This document shows, piece after piece, positions 18,266-25,952 of a stretch of DNA of 55,974 nucleotides. The stretch covers positions 1 to 55,974 of the forward strand of contig CAZSAC010000004.1 of NCBI GenBank assembly GCA_964604875.1, given 5' to 3'. Source of the DNA: an uncultured Bacteroidaceae bacterium (GTDB taxonomy: Bacteria > Bacillota > Clostridia > Christensenellales > CAG-917). The notes beneath the pieces are model-generated. The model was not told the DNA's origin and searched no databases. It saw only the letters and a program-made list of their open reading frames with translations. Position 1 is the first letter of the stretch. Every line of letters starts with the position of its first letter. The position numbers and the translations under genes are program-made.

Positions 18266-19061
18266 TCTTCATACTCATTCCACATACAGCGACGGAATAC
18301 TATCTCCCAAAGAGTTGGTTTTGCGTCAGGCAGAAGACGGCGTCGGGGTGATGTCGCTGACTGACCACGACTGTGTGGACGGCGTGGGCGAGGCTATTGA
18401 GGCAGGGTTGAAAAAAGGCGTCAAGGTGTTGCCGGGAATAGAGCTGTCAAGTTACGGTTCTTTTGAAATACATATTTTAGGCTACAATTTTGACTATAAA
18501 AACCCTGATTTTTGCAGCAGATTAAAAGAAATATGCCAACTGCGGGAACTGCGCATTAAAAAAACCTTGGAAAAACTTAAAACATCGGGAGTAGATATTT
18601 CGCCGGAAAGCCTATGCGATGAGACGGGGACAATCGGAAGATTGCACATCGCAAAACAAATGGTTCGTTTAGGGGTTGTCAAAAATGTCAACGAAGCTTT
18701 CTTAAAATTTTTAGGCGCGGGAAAGTCGGCGCACATTGCAGGATACCGCTTGCGACCTTTCGAGGCGGTAAAGTTTATAAAAGAATATGGCGGAGTCGCC
18801 GTTCTTGCTCACCCCAAAAAAATACCTTCTGATAAGCTGGAATTGTTGGTTGCGGGACTTGTCCCTTATGGACTGGACGGAATAGAATGTTATTACGCCT
18901 CCCACACGCAGGACGACACGAGAAAATATTTGGCTCTTGCGAAAAGACATAATTTGATTTATACCATTGGAAACGATTATCACGACGAAAGCTCCTATAT
19001 ATCCTCTGAATATAAGAACGATTTTTTGGATTTCCACGCGCAAAAAAAATTAGGACTATAG
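18255..19061 (+). CDS. PHP-domain phosphoesterase (TrpH/YciV-like)
   Basis: LHTHSTYSDG, LTDHD, GIELS, HILGY, LAHP, NDYH motifs. Confidence 0.88.
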   Translation: MKYNLHTHSTYSDGILSPKELVLRQAEDGVGVMSLTDHDCVDGVGEAIEAGLKKGVKVLPGIELSSYGSFEIHILGYNFDYKNPDFCSRLKEICQLRELRIKKTLEKLKTSGVDISPESLCDETGTIGRLHIAKQMVRLGVVKNVNEAFLKFLGAGKSAHIAGYRLRPFEAVKFIKEYGGVAVLAHPKKIPSDKLELLVAGLVPYGLDGIECYYASHTQDDTRKYLALAKRHNLIYTIGNDYHDESSYISSEYKNDFLDFHAQKKLGL

Positions 19062-19133
19062 CTTTTCCATTTTTTGCTTTAAACTTTTTTCTAAAAAAAT
19101 AATAAAATTTTGCTAAACTATTACACTACCTAT

Positions 19134-20342
19134 ATGAGAAACAAGGTAGCCGTTTTGATAGTTTTAATATTGGTTGTCTGCGCCACGGGATTCACAATTC
19201 CCAGACGTTTTGTCAGGATAATTATTGAAGTAGACGGGCAAATAGTTGAAGATGGCGTTTATCAAGAAAACGGGTATTTTTTTATCAATCGAAAAAAAGA
19301 AGTTCAACGTCTTAGAAACGACGGGAAAACAAACGATGACATAATCACGCGCCTTTTTGTCGGGCTTGACGAGAAGCTTGCGCAGCTGGAGGAAGACTTT
19401 TTAGTTCCCGCAGTGTCGGCAAGCTATACTTTTCAGCCTGACGAAAAGGCGCGTTTTATATATACCTCTGAAAGCAGCGGGCGAAGATTAAATTTAGAAA
19501 AACTGGAAGAAGATATTCTATCAAATATAAGCTCAAAAGAAATTTTAATCTCGGCGACGCTGGAAGAAATATTGCCACAGAAAACCTTAGAGCAAATCAA
19601 GGAAAAAACATTTCTAAGAAGTAAATTTGAAACAAATTATCAAAGCAGTTCTCCCTCGAGAAAACATAATATTCAACGCGCCGCAGAACTCATTAACGGA
19701 TGCGTTTTGGAGCCTCAACAACAGTTTTCTTTTAATACCGTCGTCGGAGAGCGCACTCAAGAGAGGGGATTCCAGCCAGCCCCTATTATATTTGACGGCA
19801 AATTTGTCGAGGGCGTTGGAGGTGGAGTCTGCCAGGTTTCAACAACCCTATATAACTCTGTTTTATATGCGGGGTTAAACGTTTTAAAGGTTTCACAGCA
19901 CTCTCTGCCGGTAAGTTACGTTGCGCCGAGCTTTGACGCAATGGTGTCAAGCAGAAGCGATTTGGTTTTTGTAAACGATACCACAAGCCCAATTTTTATA
20001 TGCGCGCAAGCAAACGGAGCCAAACTCAGTTTTGAAATATATGGTATAAAGCAGCAAAACATAATTCAACTTCAAAGCAAAACCTTGCGTACAATACCAT
20101 ATGTTACAGAGGTTATTCAAGACTCTGAAGTAGGGATTGGAGAAACTAAGGTAATACGCCGAGGACGTGTCGGCATTGAAAGCGAGGGATATATTGTTGA
20201 AATGAAAAATGACGGTAAGATTGTATCTACAAAAAAAATTCGTCACGACGTATACGCTCCTCAAGCAGAAATGGTTGCCGAAGGGACAAAACAACTTGGC
20301 GCAGTTAGCACCGAAACCGCCGATAATAGGGCGGTCAGTTGA
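19134..20342 (+). CDS. VanW-family exported protein with G5-like C-terminal domain
   Basis: RKHNI, FSFNTVVGER, GGGVCQVSTTLYN, HSLPVSY, DLVFVN motifs; signal anchor from ATG 19134. Confidence 0.88.
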   Translation: MRNKVAVLIVLILVVCATGFTIPRRFVRIIIEVDGQIVEDGVYQENGYFFINRKKEVQRLRNDGKTNDDIITRLFVGLDEKLAQLEEDFLVPAVSASYTFQPDEKARFIYTSESSGRRLNLEKLEEDILSNISSKEILISATLEEILPQKTLEQIKEKTFLRSKFETNYQSSSPSRKHNIQRAAELINGCVLEPQQQFSFNTVVGERTQERGFQPAPIIFDGKFVEGVGGGVCQVSTTLYNSVLYAGLNVLKVSQHSLPVSYVAPSFDAMVSSRSDLVFVNDTTSPIFICAQANGAKLSFEIYGIKQQNIIQLQSKTLRTIPYVTEVIQDSEVGIGETKVIRRGRVGIESEGYIVEMKNDGKIVSTKKIRHDVYAPQAEMVAEGTKQLGAVSTETADNRAVS

Positions 20343-20343
20343 C

Positions 20344-20442
20344 TTTTCCACATAAATTTTATATAATAATTTTCAATAAAAACAGGGAAAACGGCAGGTT
20401 ATCCACAGAGTTGTCCACAACAAGGCAAAAATGTGTTGATAA
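20344..20442. promoter_or_regulatory. DnaA-box cluster (4 boxes)
   Basis: TTTTCCACA 20344-52, perfect TTATCCACA 20399-407, TTGTCCACA 20411-19, reverse TTATCAACA 20434-42. Confidence 0.75.
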
Positions 20443-20462
20443 CTTGTTAAAAAAGTAAAATT

Positions 20463-22211
20463 ATGGAAAAAACAAAAAACACCTATTTAAAGTGGTTAAA
20501 CTCAAATGTTATTTCAAAAGCAGAAAAAGATGAATTAAAGGCCATTTATGACGATGAAAAAGAAATAATTGAGCGGTTTTCTGTTTCGTTAGAGTTCGGA
20601 ACGGCGGGTATGAGAGGTGTTTTGGGTATGGGGCCCAACCGTATGAACCTTTATACAGTTATCCGCGCAACAAGAGGACTTGCGTCTTATATATGCTCGC
20701 TTGGAAGCAAGGCAATGGAAAGCGGCGTCGTAATTGCATACGATACTCGTAAATATTCCACCGAATTTGCAATAGCTTGCGCCGAAACTTTGGCAGAGTA
20801 CAAAATCCGCGCCTATATATATGAAAACGTCAGACCTGTTCCGATGTGCTCATTCGCCATCAGAAAATTGGGCGCAATCGCAGGGATTATGATTACGGCA
20901 AGCCATAACCCAAAGCAATATAACGGGTATAAGGTGTATGGCTCAGACGGGGCGCAAATGTCGCCCGACGCCACAAAAATCGTGGTAGATTATATCGAAA
21001 AGGTGGAAAGCTATTTTGATATGCCTCAAAATTCAGGCTTAAATCCACAAAACATTAAAGAAAAAGACGACAATAGTTTTGGATATATCACAGTTGTAGG
21101 CGCAAGTCTTGACGAACAATATTACGCAACGATTGAAAAACTTCGCCTTTCTCCCGATGCAATAAGCAAGGCTGAAAATATAAAAATTGTTTACACCCCA
21201 CTTCACGGGGCAGGTTATGTTCCTGTTAAGACAATGCTCACCAGAATGGGCATTCCCGTAGTTATTGAAAAAACGCAGGCAAACCCCGATTCAGAATTTT
21301 CTACAGTAAAAGTCCCCAACCCCGAGGAACCGTCGGCTTTGGCGCAAGGCATTAAGCTTGCCGAGGAAATCGGCAGTAACCTTGTTATCGGCACCGACCC
21401 CGATTGCGATAGAATGGGGATTGCCGTAAAAGACGAAAACGGCAAATTTATATTGTTAAACGGCAATCAAATCGGCGTGCTTTTGATGGACTACGTTTTG
21501 CTTAGAAATTCACAAAATGGCACTTTACCGTCAAATTCTGCCGTGATAAAGACTATTGTTTCAACATTGATGGCTGAAGCGATAGCCCAAAATTATAAGG
21601 TTACTCTCTTTGACGTTTTAACAGGCTTTAAATTTATCGGCGAAAAAATCAAAGAGTGGGAAGAAAATAAAAAATACACTTATATGTTCGGGTTTGAGGA
21701 AAGCTACGGAAGTTTAGTCGGTACCCACGCAAGAGATAAAGACGCTGTTGTTGCCAGTATGCTGTTTGCAGAAATGGCGTGTTTTTATGAAAGCCAAAAA
21801 AGTTCGGTTTATCAAAGACTTCAGGAACTCTACAACAAGTATGGATATTATTTGGAAACTGCTCAATCTTTCACATTCCAAGGCTTGGACGGAATGGCTC
21901 AGCGAGCGGCAATTATGGAAAAAATTAAGGCGTGTCGCCCCGAATTTTTTGGCAAAATAAAATGTTTGTATGTTGCAGACTATTCGCAAGGCGTTATATA
22001 TAATTGCGATAAATCGACATCGCCGATACTTCTTCCCAAAACCAACGCTATGTATTATCGGTTGGATAACAAGGCGTGGTTATGCGTCAGACCCAGCGGG
22101 ACTGAACCAAAACTTAAAATATATGTGGGTTCCCGGGCGACGTCAAAGCAAGAATCGGAACAAGTCAATACAGAATTGATGGCTGCCGCTAAGGTACTGT
22201 TTGGTTTATGA
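20463..22211 (+). CDS. pgm: Phosphoglucomutase/phosphomannomutase
   Basis: FGTAGMRG, ITASHNP, GTDPDCDR, FEESYG, RPSGTEPKLK motifs. Confidence 0.93.
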   Translation: MEKTKNTYLKWLNSNVISKAEKDELKAIYDDEKEIIERFSVSLEFGTAGMRGVLGMGPNRMNLYTVIRATRGLASYICSLGSKAMESGVVIAYDTRKYSTEFAIACAETLAEYKIRAYIYENVRPVPMCSFAIRKLGAIAGIMITASHNPKQYNGYKVYGSDGAQMSPDATKIVVDYIEKVESYFDMPQNSGLNPQNIKEKDDNSFGYITVVGASLDEQYYATIEKLRLSPDAISKAENIKIVYTPLHGAGYVPVKTMLTRMGIPVVIEKTQANPDSEFSTVKVPNPEEPSALAQGIKLAEEIGSNLVIGTDPDCDRMGIAVKDENGKFILLNGNQIGVLLMDYVLLRNSQNGTLPSNSAVIKTIVSTLMAEAIAQNYKVTLFDVLTGFKFIGEKIKEWEENKKYTYMFGFEESYGSLVGTHARDKDAVVASMLFAEMACFYESQKSSVYQRLQELYNKYGYYLETAQSFTFQGLDGMAQRAAIMEKIKACRPEFFGKIKCLYVADYSQGVIYNCDKSTSPILLPKTNAMYYRLDNKAWLCVRPSGTEPKLKIYVGSRATSKQESEQVNTELMAAAKVLFGL

Positions 22212-22939
22212 TTATAAAAGAAATCACAACAACAGAGGCGCAGGCATTTTGTGATAAAGTACGACAAAAATGTCTAGGGTTATCGGGCGCGCTAAAGTGT
22301 GGCGTCGATAAATGCTTTTCCGACGGACGGGCAGGGGTTGCGCTTATTAAAGGTATCAGCGTTAGATTATATGCGCAAAGCTTTGAGTTTGTCGACGAGG
22401 TTATAAGTAGCCTTAAAAAAGGCAGAATGTATGAATTTTGCGGAATAGACCCTATTGTTGCCGACTACATACTAAAAACAAGAAGTTGCCTTTGGCGTAC
22501 CGATTGTACGCAGTTTACATATTGTAAGTCAAGCGTTGCGCAACCAAAACTAGCAAACGGCGAAAGGCTTGACGAGATTAATCCCAAATATATTAAGCTT
22601 ATAAACGACCACTATACCTATAAGCACAAGGGCTCTAAGGCGGAATTGCTGAGGGAAATTACCTCACGTTTCAGCACGGCTTTATACCTTGAGGACAAAC
22701 CTGTTGCCTGGGCGTTGATTCACGATGATTTGGCGATGGGGGTTATGTTTGTTTTGCCCGAGTATCGCAGGCGGGGCTACGCAGAGGCGGTCACTTGTGA
22801 CTTGATGAGAAAAGTATTAGAAAAAGGAGATATCCCTTACGTTCAAATCGTAAAAGGGAATATAGCAAGTGAAACCTTGGCAAAAAAACTTGGGTTTGAG
22901 CCACAATGTTCAATTACGTGGATAGGCGTGAGATTGTAA
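22208..22939 (+). CDS. GNAT-family N-acetyltransferase (FR47-like)
   Basis: VLPEYRRRGYA acetyl-CoA motif; NIASETLAKKLGF; ATGA overlap with pgm. Confidence 0.85.
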   Translation: MIIKEITTTEAQAFCDKVRQKCLGLSGALKCGVDKCFSDGRAGVALIKGISVRLYAQSFEFVDEVISSLKKGRMYEFCGIDPIVADYILKTRSCLWRTDCTQFTYCKSSVAQPKLANGERLDEINPKYIKLINDHYTYKHKGSKAELLREITSRFSTALYLEDKPVAWALIHDDLAMGVMFVLPEYRRRGYAEAVTCDLMRKVLEKGDIPYVQIVKGNIASETLAKKLGFEPQCSITWIGVRL

Positions 22940-23535
22940 TGCAAGAGAAAAAAAGAAAATATACTATCCCAACAAGAAAGCTTACGGCGGTGGCAATTTT
23001 TGTAGCGTTGATTGCTGTCGGGGCTTTTGTAAAAATCCCAATACCGCCTGTTCCGATAACCTTGCAATTTGCTTTTACGCTGTTGGCAGGCTTAATTCTT
23101 GGTCCAAGACTGGGAGGTTTGGCGGTTTTAATTTACCTATTAATGGGCATATTGGGCATACCCCTATTTACCGAGGGCGGCGGCTTGTCATACTTATTAA
23201 AACCTACCTTCGGATATTGTATAGGCTTTTTTTTCGGGACGCTTGTCGCAGGGTGGGTTTTTAGAGGCTGGAAGAAGCCAAAAAAGCTTAGCTTTAAAAG
23301 GGCGTTACTTGGTTGCGTATTATCCCAGCTGATTGTCTATACCATTGGCGTTAAATATATGTTTTTGATTTTAAGGTTTTATTTAGCCTCGCCACAAACC
23401 TTGTCGCATTTGTTGGTTTACGGCTGTCTGATATTTTTACCTACCGATTTATTTTGGTGTTTTATTGTGTCGCTGGCGGCGGTAAGGCTTGTCCCGCTGC
23501 TTCCGATAAATGACGAAGCTCAAATATCCAATTGA
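22939..23535 (+). CDS. bioY: Biotin ECF S-component BioY
   Basis: PVPITLQ, LGPRLG, GIPLF, PTFGYCIGF motifs; start moved to 22939 (TAATG coupling). Confidence 0.92.
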   Translation: MQEKKRKYTIPTRKLTAVAIFVALIAVGAFVKIPIPPVPITLQFAFTLLAGLILGPRLGGLAVLIYLLMGILGIPLFTEGGGLSYLLKPTFGYCIGFFFGTLVAGWVFRGWKKPKKLSFKRALLGCVLSQLIVYTIGVKYMFLILRFYLASPQTLSHLLVYGCLIFLPTDLFWCFIVSLAAVRLVPLLPINDEAQISN

Positions 23536-24176
23536 ACCAAAATTCTATCTAAAAACGCGGGTTTTTGTAATTTGTTGTGTCCAGAGGCAAGATATAGAAA
23601 GTCAAATTTTTTAAGCTTATAAATTTCGTTACAATATAGTGTTTTATCGCACGAAAGCTGTGGGACGACAGCCGTCTCGTTGTCGCCGATATTGTCGCCG
23701 ACGTACAAAACCTTGTCTAAGCGGTCATAGACGCATAAGCCGTCGTCGGTGTGTCCTAAAGAGGAAAATATTTCGACGCCGTCTTCAGGAAAACATAACG
23801 GTTTTGTAATAGGTAAGTTAGGCAAAAAAATATCTGCAGAACCCGATATGTATTTGGCGTTAGAAATCAAATCCGCTTGCCCAAAACTTATAATGTTTTC
23901 CACACATCGCTGACTGGCGATAATTGTTTTATCACAAAATATCTTGTTTCCCCAAATATGGTCCCAGTCGTGGTGAGTGTTTATCACAATAAGAGGCAGA
24001 GGAGCGCAGTTTTTTTCGATATAGGCGCGCATAAGCAGGGCGTCGTCGCTTCCGCACGCAGTGTCAATCAAAAAATTATGTCGATTGCCTTCAATCAAAT
24101 AACAATATAAATCCCACTCGTTTTGAGGACGAAAGCAAAACCGCCTTCCGCGAGGACTTATTTTATGGCTTATCAT
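23520..24176 (-). CDS. Metallo-beta-lactamase-fold hydrolase
   Basis: NTHHDWDHIWGN, GHT, YVGD, SGH motifs; AGGAG RBS. Confidence 0.88.
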   Translation of the reverse strand: MISHKISPRGRRFCFRPQNEWDLYCYLIEGNRHNFLIDTACGSDDALLMRAYIEKNCAPLPLIVINTHHDWDHIWGNKIFCDKTIIASQRCVENIISFGQADLISNAKYISGSADIFLPNLPITKPLCFPEDGVEIFSSLGHTDDGLCVYDRLDKVLYVGDNIGDNETAVVPQLSCDKTLYCNEIYKLKKFDFLYLASGHNKLQKPAFLDRILVQLDI

Positions 24177-24259
24177 AAAACTCCTAAAGCATTTTATAGT
24201 CTGTCCCTTAAGTATAAAAGAACGAATGCCGCTTGTCTATAATAAATTGTCTAAAATAC

Positions 24260-24287
24260 TTGCAAAATTAAGAAAAACTTATATAAT
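24260..24287 (+). promoter_or_regulatory. Putative sigmaA promoter of tRNA-Pro
   Basis: TTGCAA-N16-TATAAT. Confidence 0.5.
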
Positions 24288-24307
24288 AAATAGGTAACGG
24301 TTTACAT

Positions 24308-24384
24308 CGGGGTGTAGCGCAGTTTGGTAGCGCGCATGGTTCGGGACCATGAGGCCGCGAGTTCAAGTCTCGCCACTCCGACCA
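24308..24384 (+). tRNA. tRNA-Pro (anticodon CGG), CCA encoded
   Basis: Acceptor stem cggggtg/cactccg, D arm, anticodon arm catgg-ttCGGga-ccatg, T loop gttcaag, 3' ACCA. Confidence 0.97.
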
Positions 24385-24414
24385 ACTCATCGTTTTTATG
24401 CGGTGAGTTTTTTA
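24385..24414 (+). terminator. tRNA terminator
   Basis: actcatcg...cggtgagt followed by a T run. Confidence 0.7.
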
Positions 24415-24424
24415 TTTTCCAAAT

Positions 24425-24449
24425 AAAAAAGTCGCATTATGCGACTTTT
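24425..24449. terminator. Bidirectional terminator (serves guaA)
   Basis: aaaagtcgcat-t-atgcgactttt inverted repeat flanked by A/T runs. Confidence 0.8.
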
Positions 24450-24462
24450 AAATAATTTATTT

Positions 24463-25740
24463 TTATTCCCACTCGATTGTGCCTGTCGGCTTTGGAGTCA
24501 GGTCATAGCAAACACGGTTAATCCCGGCAACCTCACAAATAATTCTATGCGTAATTTTTTCTAATACTTCCCAGTCAACGCGCTCAATTGTTGCCGTCAT
24601 AGCGTCAATAGTGTTCACCGCGCGTATGATTGCAGGCCATTCAAAGCTTCTTGCGTTGTTGCGGACGCCTACAGATTTTGTATCGGGGATAAGCGTAAAG
24701 TATTGCCAAACCTTGCCTTCAAGCCCGGCTTTTTCAAATTCCTCTCTTAAAATGGCATCCGATTCTCTAACTGCTTCTAGTCTATCGCGCGTGATTGCGC
24801 CCAAGCATCTGACGCCGAGACCGGGGCCGGGGAAGGGCTGGCGATAAACCATATTATCGGGTAAACCTAACGCTTTTCCACAAGCGCGGACTTCATCTTT
24901 AAATAGATATTTTAAAGGTTCAACAAGTTCAAATTTAAGGTCGTCGGGCAAGCCTCCGACGTTGTGGTGCGCCTTAACGGCTTTTCCTGTTTTTGTTCCG
25001 CTTTCAACGATGTCGGGATAAATTGTGCCTTGGGCAAGAAAATCAATGCCGTTTAGTTTACGGGCTTCTTCTTCAAAAACTCTGATAAATTCAGCGCCGA
25101 TTATTTTACGCTTTGCTTCAGGCTCGGCGACGTTTTCAAGTTTATTTAAAAAACGGTCGACGGCGTCAACATAAACCAGGTTTGCGCCCATTTGGTTTTT
25201 AAAAATCTCGACAACTTGCTCGGGCTCGCCCTTGCGTAAAAGTCCGTGATTGACGTGTACGCAGGTAAGCTTATTGCCGATTGCTTTTATCAATAAAGCC
25301 GCCACCACCGAGCTATCCACTCCGCCGGAAAGCGCCAAAAGAACTTGCTTGTCGCCGATTTGCTGACGTAAAAGCTCAATTTGGTCGTCGATAAAGTTTT
25401 GCATATTCCAATTAGCTTCACATTTGGCTGTATCAAACACAAAAGACTTAATATCGGATTTTGTGATAGCCTTGGCAGACGGATTTTTATGGTTTAGCGC
25501 CACGATAGGCACTTTAAGTTTAAATATTTCAGGATTAACGTCAATCGTCTTGCCGTCAACGACATTGTTTATTCCGCCGTTTAGGATAATCCCACGCAGA
25601 TTTTGAAGGCTGTTGAGTTGAGTATAGGTTATATCGTGGGGATATATTTCACTATAGACGCCCATTGAGCGGATTTCACGGGCAAGGGCGGAATTTTCCT
25701 CGCTACCCAAATCCAAAATTACAATTAAATCTTGTTTCAT
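24463..25740 (-). CDS. guaA: GMP synthase, short form with degenerate glutamine amidotransferase domain
   Basis: ALSGGVDSSV, QGTIYPD, HHNVGG, RQPFPGPGL, KPTGTIEWE intact; N-terminal GATase lacks GICYG and HPE. Confidence 0.92.
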   Translation of the reverse strand: MKQDLIVILDLGSEENSALAREIRSMGVYSEIYPHDITYTQLNSLQNLRGIILNGGINNVVDGKTIDVNPEIFKLKVPIVALNHKNPSAKAITKSDIKSFVFDTAKCEANWNMQNFIDDQIELLRQQIGDKQVLLALSGGVDSSVVAALLIKAIGNKLTCVHVNHGLLRKGEPEQVVEIFKNQMGANLVYVDAVDRFLNKLENVAEPEAKRKIIGAEFIRVFEEEARKLNGIDFLAQGTIYPDIVESGTKTGKAVKAHHNVGGLPDDLKFELVEPLKYLFKDEVRACGKALGLPDNMVYRQPFPGPGLGVRCLGAITRDRLEAVRESDAILREEFEKAGLEGKVWQYFTLIPDTKSVGVRNNARSFEWPAIIRAVNTIDAMTATIERVDWEVLEKITHRIICEVAGINRVCYDLTPKPTGTIEWE

Positions 25741-25773
25741 ATGCGCTCCCTAATATATAGCTTTAATATAAGT

Positions 25774-25802
25774 ATAATACTATTGTAAACGAATGTTGTC
25801 AA
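25774..25802 (-). promoter_or_regulatory. Putative sigmaA promoter of guaA
   Basis: Minus strand TTGACA-N17-TATTAT; GGGAG RBS downstream. Confidence 0.65.
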
Positions 25803-25952
25803 ATGGATAAATTGCGGAGTAAACGATTTTTTTCCAGCATATATTTTTTTAAGACATCATAATTAAATTTTTGCTTAAAATTCTTAAATGGATTTACACG
25901 CACGCGGATTATATGATACAATATGTATAATTATAATCTAAGGGAGACGGCT

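Noticed and set aside
19134-20342. Vancomycin resistance locus
   Set aside because: VanW-domain proteins are widespread in Firmicutes; no vanHAX or vanRS nearby
20344-20462. oriC
   Set aside because: No dnaA/dnaN/rpmH adjacent and no switch in gene orientation; kept as a DnaA-box cluster
23520-24176. True beta-lactamase
   Set aside because: No signal peptide; only generic MBL-fold motifs
24463-25740. guaA pseudogene
   Set aside because: ORF is uninterrupted, synthetase motifs are intact, and promoter, RBS and terminator are present
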